Positions 36,596 through 43,549 of a DNA stretch of 43,549 nt are shown in pieces. Position 1 is the stretch's first letter, and each line of letters starts with the position of its first letter. This DNA is from Methanobacteriota archaeon (GTDB lineage: Archaea; Thermoplasmatota; Poseidoniia; Poseidoniales; Poseidoniaceae). Made by a program: the position numbers and the translations under genes. The stretch spans positions 1 to 43,549 of the forward strand of contig JABIGM010000039.1 in NCBI GenBank assembly GCA_018650165.1. The letters run 5' to 3'. Under the pieces are notes generated by a model. That model saw only the letters and a program-made list of their open reading frames with translations. It was not told the DNA's origin and searched no databases.

Positions 36596-37411
36596 ATGGC
36601 TTGGCCATTTGGTAGTAGTGATAGGTCTGATGTCGGACAAAGCGACCTCACCGAGGAGCGCTTGCGCGTAATGGCAAATATTGCCATTGAGCAAGTGCCA
36701 ATGCCCGAAGAAGGCAGCCTCACCGAGGAAGATGCTTGGACGATTGCACCAGGACCTACACGAGCGCGACTCAACAGTACAGGTTCTCTGCCTGCCGCAG
36801 CACCCACGGGTCCTGCGGCTTCGCAGGTACAGGCGAATCTCGACACATCAGGTTTAGAGCGACTAATCTCTAGTCGAATGGATCTGGTCGAAGATGTTCT
36901 ACGTAAAGTTGAACACCGACTTGACGATGAAACCGTAGTTCGTGTTTCTGACTCAGGAGGAGACAGTGAAATTGAAATTAGCGATGGCGATACTATCGTC
37001 ACAGCTTCTGGAGATGTAATTACTGGAACCTCATCTGAGCGTCTAAAGTTGGAAGATTCAGCACCTCTACTAGAGTTGTATGAAGCTCAAGCATTGGCAT
37101 CTAATCCATTCCTAATTGCCCCAGCGCATTTAGGCGATGGAGCAGATGGAACGGTCGGTGCGCCGACCGTAGCAGCACTCCTGCTTGACAATCTGTCCGG
37201 TATGGCCGCAGTTTCCTTCACACAGAAGGCGATTAGTTCAGGCATGCTCACATCAGATGAAGGAAAGCATGTGTTAGCGATAGTCCAAATGGCAGCTCCA
37301 GGTGATACTGAGAGTGCCTTAGAGGACCATTTGCCACACAGAGAATTGCTAACATTCTCTGCTCTAATCTCCAATTGGAGAAGAGCACGAAACCTCAGAG
37401 GTGAAGAATGA
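36596..37411 (+). CDS. Divergent ArlC + ArlD/E-like fusion (FlaCE-type switch/scaffold protein)
   Basis: Position between flaB and flaF; coiled coil; LLELYEAQALASNPF resembling the FlaC LLxLYE....NPF motif; C-terminal helical domain loosely matching Arch_fla_DE. Start at ATG 36596 after AGGAGGT. Confidence 0.6.
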   Translation: MAWPFGSSDRSDVGQSDLTEERLRVMANIAIEQVPMPEEGSLTEEDAWTIAPGPTRARLNSTGSLPAAAPTGPAASQVQANLDTSGLERLISSRMDLVEDVLRKVEHRLDDETVVRVSDSGGDSEIEISDGDTIVTASGDVITGTSSERLKLEDSAPLLELYEAQALASNPFLIAPAHLGDGADGTVGAPTVAALLLDNLSGMAAVSFTQKAISSGMLTSDEGKHVLAIVQMAAPGDTESALEDHLPHRELLTFSALISNWRRARNLRGEE

Positions 37412-38068
37412 ATGGGTAGTGTAGCAGTTGGAGCCATGGTAGTAGGAACTTCCATGCTCGTAGTATTTGCATTAGCAATGGCTACGCTCGAATCGCAAGT
37501 GGAGAATTCCATTGCGGAAATCGAGGCGACTGCTGAACCCCAATCAGTCTTCACAATAGAGGACGCGACTAACGTTGAAGGAGCAGTGGTGTCTTACACC
37601 ATCAACAATGGCGGAACTGGCTATTCATCGACCCCTGGGAATTCTACCCAAGTCGAAGTCAATGGCAGTACTGGCTCTTTCCTCGCAGACCTGGTGATCT
37701 CCGGTGGTACAGTTACCGGATTAAACATCCTTGACCACGGATCATCGTATCTCTACGCCTCCACATACTACTTGGAGGTCACCGGTCTAAACGTGGGCAT
37801 TAACCTGAATATTACAGCTAATTTAGGAAATCTAGTATATCTAAATCTAACAAACGATGGAAGTAAAGATATCAATACCGATTATTCATGGTTGTTTACC
37901 GATGGTGGTGCTCCAATAAATCTCTCTGACAGTTTTGATGGATATCTTCAAGACACAATTTTTCCCGGAGAGAATTTTCAATTCTATTATGACAGCGGCG
38001 CCCAGTCTACAGTTAGCCGTATTGCTATTACAATCGATGGTCTGACAAAGGCATCAACCGTTGCATGA
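37412..38068 (+). CDS. flaF: ArlF/FlaF-like protein with internal beta-rich insertion
   Basis: Single N-terminal hydrophobic helix; core YLNLTNDGS...LFTDG...IFPGE...RIAITIDG; position before flaG. Confidence 0.75.
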   Translation: MGSVAVGAMVVGTSMLVVFALAMATLESQVENSIAEIEATAEPQSVFTIEDATNVEGAVVSYTINNGGTGYSSTPGNSTQVEVNGSTGSFLADLVISGGTVTGLNILDHGSSYLYASTYYLEVTGLNVGINLNITANLGNLVYLNLTNDGSKDINTDYSWLFTDGGAPINLSDSFDGYLQDTIFPGENFQFYYDSGAQSTVSRIAITIDGLTKASTVA

Positions 38069-38078
38069 AGGTGATTTT

Positions 38079-38573
38079 ATGGCTGATGGCGGTACAAGTA
38101 CAATGATTATGCTGGTCACATCACTATTGCTTAGTGGTGCTGCCTCAGTAGTCTTAATCCAATCATGGGGTGAAGTTACCCAAGCCAATGGAATCAATGC
38201 CACTGGCCGTGCTGCTGATGCAGAAACAGATGTTTCATTTAGCGGTGACAGAAGTGATGTTTTACTAGATACATCAGGTGCGAACCAAGAAATCACTCTC
38301 TATTTCCAAAATACGGGAATTAGACCACTCGACAAGTCATCATTTTCAATATTTATTGAGGGCACATATTCAACAACAGTTGGTTCAGCAAGCCTGTATC
38401 CTCCTAGCGGAGTATGGGGTTCAGATCATGTTCTCGAAGTAACGGTATCCGATGCTTCATTCAGTTTTAGTGACAACGACAGAGTCACAGTAACTATTGT
38501 TGTCCAATCAACAGTAAGTGAAGGAGTTAAGGGAACTTCTTCCGAAACAGCAGAGGTGAGGCTAAGTGTCTGA
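38079..38573 (+). CDS. flaG: ArlG/FlaG
   Basis: MADGGTSTMIMLVTSLLLSGAASVV N-terminal helix; LYFQNTG; FIEG; W....VLEV; position before flaH. Confidence 0.85.
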   Translation: MADGGTSTMIMLVTSLLLSGAASVVLIQSWGEVTQANGINATGRAADAETDVSFSGDRSDVLLDTSGANQEITLYFQNTGIRPLDKSSFSIFIEGTYSTTVGSASLYPPSGVWGSDHVLEVTVSDASFSFSDNDRVTVTIVVQSTVSEGVKGTSSETAEVRLSV

Positions 38574-39282
38574 TGAAGCGCCAAAACCAGTCGAAGATGG
38601 CTATGAATTTACCCTTGAACAAGACAGTCTATCCAATGCAATGGGTGCTAGGCTGCCAAATCGTAGCCTTTGGATGATACAAGGTGAAGTTGGAAGTGGG
38701 AAATCATTGGTCAGTCAAAGATTAGTATATGGATTGCTAGAGAATGGTTCCAAAGTTCTAGTAATTACCACTGAGTTAACAACACGCGGATGGATAGAAC
38801 AAATGGAATCCATCGGCTATCCAATAACTGAATATATTGCTTCAGGCCGCTTACTAGTCTTCTCTCGGTACGGAGTAATTGCTGAGCCAAAGCAAGGCGT
38901 TAATTTATTCGATGTTCTAGATTCAGAGGCTGTCGAGAAAGCAGATGTGGTCGTTGTAGATTCAGCATCTTCGCTAATGCCAACAGGTCTAGATACGGTA
39001 GAGCAGCAAGAAATCCTTCAAAAACTCCGTCGAATCTGTAGCGAATCACGTTCCTTACTTCTTACTATGGACCCCTCCGAAATGGACGACCAACTTCTCC
39101 ATAAAATGCGTTCATCCTGTGAAGTATTACTCGATATGAAGGCTGGATTCGTTGGTGGAGAAATCAAGAGAACGATTGTCGTAACTAGATTCCTTCGTGC
39201 CGCAGGACCGGTTCAAGCAAGCGTTGGATGGCGTGTTGAACCATACATGGGCTTCATTGTAGACATTACGGCGGTGAGCTGA
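38566..39282 (+). CDS. flaH: ArlH/FlaH RecA/KaiC-like ATP-binding protein
   Basis: GTG start after GAGGTGA; QGEVGSGKSLVSQRLVYG Walker A; ITTE; VVVDS Walker B; FIVDIT C-terminus. Confidence 0.93.
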   Translation: MSDEAPKPVEDGYEFTLEQDSLSNAMGARLPNRSLWMIQGEVGSGKSLVSQRLVYGLLENGSKVLVITTELTTRGWIEQMESIGYPITEYIASGRLLVFSRYGVIAEPKQGVNLFDVLDSEAVEKADVVVVDSASSLMPTGLDTVEQQEILQKLRRICSESRSLLLTMDPSEMDDQLLHKMRSSCEVLLDMKAGFVGGEIKRTIVVTRFLRAAGPVQASVGWRVEPYMGFIVDITAVS

Positions 39283-39284
39283 TT

Positions 39285-41003
39285 ATGGAAGATGAAGAAC
39301 TCAAATTCCAGCGCGGGGACCTTGATTCTGTAATGGCAGCACATCCGCACGTTGCTCTTTGGGTCAAAGATTTCGAAGCCAAATATGGCAGCCGCCCTTA
39401 CTATTACGGTCCACTAGACCGAGATGCACGTAAGATTCAACCAATGAATCTGATATACATCACCAAAGAGCCAATTTTTGTCCACATGTACCAGCCAGTT
39501 TCTGAAGATGGCTCTCCTGGTCAGACATTGTGGTTCGGATTGGAGCCTCAATTAACTGACGAAGAAGAAAATATACGAAGGTCACTGATTGAAGTTTTAC
39601 TCCAAGAAGCACCATCGGCTCCTACATTTACTACTGATGATGAATTTGAAAACATTCTTTCGGGAATGATTGATAGATACACAGTACTTGATTCTGAAGT
39701 CAGAACCGCTACACGACGCCAAGGGAAACTATGGGAAGTTCTTGGAATGGACGACAAGAGAATTATCGTCAAGAAAGAACAGCGTGACAGACTGCGTTAT
39801 ACAATCATTAGAGATCTAATCCGCAATGGACCTCTTGAGCCACTACTTTCAGATGAAATGCTGGAAGATATACACTCTATCGGTCTGAAGCATGTTCACA
39901 TGGACCACAAAGTGTTTGGAATGGTCACTTCTAATATCCGATTCCGTGAAAGAGACTTACTTGCTCGCTTTTTGCGTGCTATGTCCGAACGTATTGGCCG
40001 TCCTGTTTCAGATAACAAACCAATTATTGATGGTGCTTTACTCGATGGTTCTCGTATCAATATTATCTTCTCAGATGACGTGTCAATGCTCGGGCCATCT
40101 TTCACAATCAGAAAGTTCGCTGAAGAAACAATTTCGGTAACTCAATTAATCAAATGGGGTACAATGAGTTCACAAGTCGCAGCATATATTTGGATATGCT
40201 TGGAGTATGGGATGTCAGTTCTGGTAAGTGGAGAGACCGCTTCAGGAAAGACCACTACACTGAATGCAATTTTACCTTTCATCGACCACAATGTCAAAAT
40301 TTACACTGCAGAAGATACTCCTGAAGTGAAAGTTAGGCACAAGATTTGGCAAAGATTAGTTACAAGAGACTCGAAGAATGAAGAAAGCAGAGTCGAGATG
40401 TTCGATTTGCTGAAGGCAGCATTGCGTTCACGTCCAAGATACATTATCATTGGAGAAATACGTGGTGTTGAAGGAGCTACTGCATTCCAAGCAATGCAGA
40501 CCGGTCACCCAGTTATTGCAACATTCCACGCATCATCTATTGTCAAGATGATTCAGAGATTTACAGGTGACCCAATCAATGTTCCAATTCGTTTCTTCGA
40601 TAACTTGAATTTCGCTATTTTCCAAGAAGTAGTGGAGGCGCCTGGTGGCGGAATTGCACGTCGTATTACAGGAATTGACGAAGTTATCGGATACAATAAG
40701 CACAGCGATGGTGTACTTACCCGTGGAATGTTCGAGTGGGACCCTGTTAAGGATAAACACTACTTCCGTGGTATGTTCCAATCGCACCTTCTTGAGAACA
40801 AGATAGCAGCTCAAATGGGATTCGAAAATAAAAGAGAGGCATATGATGAATTAACACGCCGAGCAGAAGCAATCCAAATTATGGCGGACCGTGATTTAAC
40901 TCATTATGATGATGTATTCGATTTATTGAATCTCTATTACAATGGTGGCTGGGATGCTTTCCGTGCTGCTGTAGAGACATGGGTCAGTATTACTGATCGT
41001 TGA
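39285..41003 (+). CDS. flaI: ArlI/FlaI archaellum motor ATPase
   Basis: IEPLL-like LEPLLSDEMLEDI, FTIRKF, SGETASGKTTTLN, AEDTPE, LRSRPRYIIIGEIRG, FQAMQTGH...TFHA. Confidence 0.97.
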   Translation: MEDEELKFQRGDLDSVMAAHPHVALWVKDFEAKYGSRPYYYGPLDRDARKIQPMNLIYITKEPIFVHMYQPVSEDGSPGQTLWFGLEPQLTDEEENIRRSLIEVLLQEAPSAPTFTTDDEFENILSGMIDRYTVLDSEVRTATRRQGKLWEVLGMDDKRIIVKKEQRDRLRYTIIRDLIRNGPLEPLLSDEMLEDIHSIGLKHVHMDHKVFGMVTSNIRFRERDLLARFLRAMSERIGRPVSDNKPIIDGALLDGSRINIIFSDDVSMLGPSFTIRKFAEETISVTQLIKWGTMSSQVAAYIWICLEYGMSVLVSGETASGKTTTLNAILPFIDHNVKIYTAEDTPEVKVRHKIWQRLVTRDSKNEESRVEMFDLLKAALRSRPRYIIIGEIRGVEGATAFQAMQTGHPVIATFHASSIVKMIQRFTGDPINVPIRFFDNLNFAIFQEVVEAPGGGIARRITGIDEVIGYNKHSDGVLTRGMFEWDPVKDKHYFRGMFQSHLLENKIAAQMGFENKREAYDELTRRAEAIQIMADRDLTHYDDVFDLLNLYYNGGWDAFRAAVETWVSITDR

Positions 41004-41021
41004 ATACTGGAGATGATTTAG

Positions 41022-42830
41022 ATGGAACGAATGGCGACTTGGCAGATCGCCCTTCGTCGTTTAGAGATGCCTGTTTCTCGTTTCGTCGTTGCATATATTT
41101 TTCCTGCAGCACTTTCGGGATTATTTACTGCTGCGCTGATTATTTGGTTGACAGGAGGCTTTTCAGAAGGTGGATTATTCGCAGGATTTAGTGGAATCTT
41201 TCTTCTGTTGGTTATGCCACTTTTAACGGGGGGTGCGGCCTTTTACTTCCCAGTAATCGAAGTTAATCGTGTTGGAATAAAAATCGAAAAAGAGATGCAT
41301 ATGTTCATTACGCGTATGGGGATATTATCCCTTGGAGAAGTTGGTGCCTCAACCATCTTCGATATTCTACGTCAAATGAAAGATTATGGTGAGTTGGCAC
41401 AAGAAGTCAAGCGAATTGAAACATTAGTTGACAAATGGCACACCTCATTGCCAGAGGCTGCGAGAATCGTCGCCCAACAGTCACCATCCCCTCTATGGTC
41501 CGATTTTCTAGACAGAATGGCTTTCTCTATTGAAGCTGGTCAACCAATTGATGCTTTCATGCGTGCTGAGCAAGATACAGTTGCTGAGCAATACAATACA
41601 ATCTATGATACTCGTCTAGAAAGCGTAGATATGATGAAGGAAATTTATGTGTCTCTCGTAACTGCTGGATTATTTGGATTAGTTGTAGCTGGTATCCATT
41701 TAGTATTGTTTGAAATTGGTAATGGTGGCTCGGACACTCCACTTGAGGTGGCGACACGACTTCGCTGGCTATTACTGGCAGGTTTCCTTTTCATAGTAGT
41801 CCAACTCGGTGCACTCTTAGCATTCCGTGCTACGATTCCAGATGACCAAACGTTTTCGCGCGACGAATTTTCAACTCCATTTAGAACATTATTTAGACAA
41901 ACATTGTTAGGCGCAATTATACTTAGCATCGTTCTATTTGCTGTTACCTTAGTAGTTGTAATCACTTATTGGGACGAGTTAACAGTTAGTTGGGACAAAT
42001 ATGGCCTTGTTCTCTTAGCAGTCCCACTCACTCCTTTGATGATTCCAGCAACACTCGTTCGCCGTGAAGAGAGTAATGTAATGCGTAGAGATGAAGCATA
42101 TCCTGATTTCATTCGTGCCCTCGGTGGTACTGCTCAGGCTCGAAGTGCTGAACCGAGCGCTACAATTCGAGCATTGAGAGGAATTGACTTCGGTACGCTC
42201 GATGCTGCAATCGACCGCTTAGAGAAGCGACTTTCAACTAGAATTGACAGTGAAAGAGCATGGGATTACTTTACTGCAGATACTAACTCTGCGGTTATCT
42301 CACGCTACAACCGAATTTACATCGAAGGTTCACAATCATCAGGTGAGCCTGCTGCCACTGCTGACTTGGTCTCCCAGTCGGTCACAAATCTACTCTCTCT
42401 AAGGCGGCGCCGTAGCCTTTCAGCAGCTACAATGTGGGGTGTAGCATTTGGATTATTAATTTCAACAGTGATTTCATTGAATGTTACTATCTCTATCGTT
42501 TTACAATTAGGTGAGACAATAGCGGGAGTCGCTACAGGCCTTGCAGGCTCGACGGACATAGGGGCGATTACAGAATCCGCAGGTGGCTTTGCATTACCTG
42601 TAATGGAAGATCCTAGCGCCGTTGATGACAATATTATGATGTTCAAAATAATTGCATCAATTCTAATTTTGATTCAGGTATTTGCGGTATCAATGATTGC
42701 AACTCGCCTTAGAGGCGGTGGCATGACTAGTGCTCTAGGACAAACGATTCAATTGCTATGGGTTGCCGCAATTGCCAGTCTAATTTCAGCATTCATTCTT
42801 GATGGAGCATCAAGTATGTTCTCTGCCTGA
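41022..42830 (+). CDS. flaJ: ArlJ/FlaJ archaellum membrane platform protein
   Basis: Multiple TM helices; FITRM, YGELAQE, DFLDRMA..IEAG, RRDE.YPDFIRALG, LRGIDFG, Y.EG..SSGEP. Confidence 0.93.
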   Translation: MERMATWQIALRRLEMPVSRFVVAYIFPAALSGLFTAALIIWLTGGFSEGGLFAGFSGIFLLLVMPLLTGGAAFYFPVIEVNRVGIKIEKEMHMFITRMGILSLGEVGASTIFDILRQMKDYGELAQEVKRIETLVDKWHTSLPEAARIVAQQSPSPLWSDFLDRMAFSIEAGQPIDAFMRAEQDTVAEQYNTIYDTRLESVDMMKEIYVSLVTAGLFGLVVAGIHLVLFEIGNGGSDTPLEVATRLRWLLLAGFLFIVVQLGALLAFRATIPDDQTFSRDEFSTPFRTLFRQTLLGAIILSIVLFAVTLVVVITYWDELTVSWDKYGLVLLAVPLTPLMIPATLVRREESNVMRRDEAYPDFIRALGGTAQARSAEPSATIRALRGIDFGTLDAAIDRLEKRLSTRIDSERAWDYFTADTNSAVISRYNRIYIEGSQSSGEPAATADLVSQSVTNLLSLRRRRSLSAATMWGVAFGLLISTVISLNVTISIVLQLGETIAGVATGLAGSTDIGAITESAGGFALPVMEDPSAVDDNIMMFKIIASILILIQVFAVSMIATRLRGGGMTSALGQTIQLLWVAAIASLISAFILDGASSMFSA

Positions 42831-42831
42831 T

Positions 42832-43482
42832 TTAGCGATGCATCTCTTCAGAGATTCTCTTCTTAGTTGCAGTCCAAGAACAGATTGGACATTTTGTGAG
42901 GTCATGGTTTCTTGCAGGGCAATATTCTCTGCCAAAGAAAATAATTTGCAAATGCAGTTTATTCCACGATTCTCGGGGAAATAATGTTTTGAGATCTTTC
43001 TCAGTCTTAACCACATTTGAGCCATTGGATAACCCCCATCGTGCTGCTAATCGGTGAATGTGTGTGTCTACTGGGAACGCAGGTATGCCAAATGCTTGGG
43101 CCATTACCACACCTGCTGTTTTGTGTCCCACACCTGGCAAATCCTCCAACTGCTCAAAGGTTTGAGGAATTTCACCGTCATATAAATCGCACAACATTTG
43201 TGAGAGTTTGACAATATTGCGGGCTTTTGTAGGCGCTAATCCTACCTCTCGGATTATTGCTTGAACCATTTCGGCACTGAGTCTTGACATGCTAAGTGCA
43301 TCCGGGCCATGTCTAAACAGTTCAGGAGTAACTTGATTCACCTTTTTGTCAGTGGTTTGTGCGCTCATCAAAACAGCAATTAGTAGTTGGAATGGAGAGG
43401 AGTGGTCCAAAGGAACCGGTGTTTCAGAATATAATTCTTCAAGCATTTGTAATATCTGCGATGCTTTTTCAGACCGCTTCAT
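42832..43482 (-). CDS. nth: Endonuclease III
   Basis: PFQLLIAVLMSAQTTD, LAPTKA, LPGVGHKTA HhH, FPVDTHIHR, QIIFFGREYC; preceded by SD-like AGGGTGA. Confidence 0.95.
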   Translation of the reverse strand: MKRSEKASQILQMLEELYSETPVPLDHSSPFQLLIAVLMSAQTTDKKVNQVTPELFRHGPDALSMSRLSAEMVQAIIREVGLAPTKARNIVKLSQMLCDLYDGEIPQTFEQLEDLPGVGHKTAGVVMAQAFGIPAFPVDTHIHRLAARWGLSNGSNVVKTEKDLKTLFPRESWNKLHLQIIFFGREYCPARNHDLTKCPICSWTATKKRISEEMHR

Positions 43483-43549
43483 AGTATCACCCTTGATAGT
43501 TCACGCCGTATTCTTCGCCACTCGCCCATGCCCAAAGGAATCCCATAAT

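Noticed and set aside
43480-43549. 3' end of an upstream minus-strand gene before nth
   Set aside because: Probably present (the SD before nth suggests an operon, and one frame ends with an ATGA overlap), but all three frames are open over this short stretch, so no CDS can be called.
1-43549. CRISPR arrays, tRNA/rRNA genes, transposases, integrases, defence systems
   Set aside because: No regularly spaced repeats and no intergenic gap with a cloverleaf (the largest gaps are under 170 bp). No ORF has recombinase, nuclease or defence motifs.

Overview
Densely coding archaeal DNA, most consistent with Marine Group II Euryarchaeota (Ca. Poseidoniales). This taxon call is inferred from gene content (archaellum genes, GCFG-type lipoproteins, giant acidic surface proteins, AcnX), not from a database search. 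The left two-thirds alternate housekeeping genes (Fe-S oxidoreductase, cysS, MutS-like, ileS, nadE, AcnX, bcp) with large secreted or membrane-anchored proteins. The right third is an apparently continuous plus-strand run (28909-42830): three uncharacterised overlapping genes, including a 1673-aa Ig-repeat/5-TM protein, followed by an archaellum cluster (flaB, flaB, a divergent ArlC-D/E-like fusion, flaF, flaG, flaH, flaI, flaJ) with no chemotaxis genes, ending against nth. No rRNA, tRNA, CRISPR array or mobile element was seen. The most unusual observations are: a highly diverged single ArlC+D/E protein; a flaF with an inserted GGxGY beta-module of shifted codon usage; archaellins with no N-glycosylation sequons but a Cys pair; an IleRS2 with a GIHH signature; a large-then-small AcnX fusion; a surface-anchored lamin-tail/amidohydrolase; and a non-canonical TTCAA/TTGAA box at about -30 from start codons. 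All family assignments are from motif recognition by eye.
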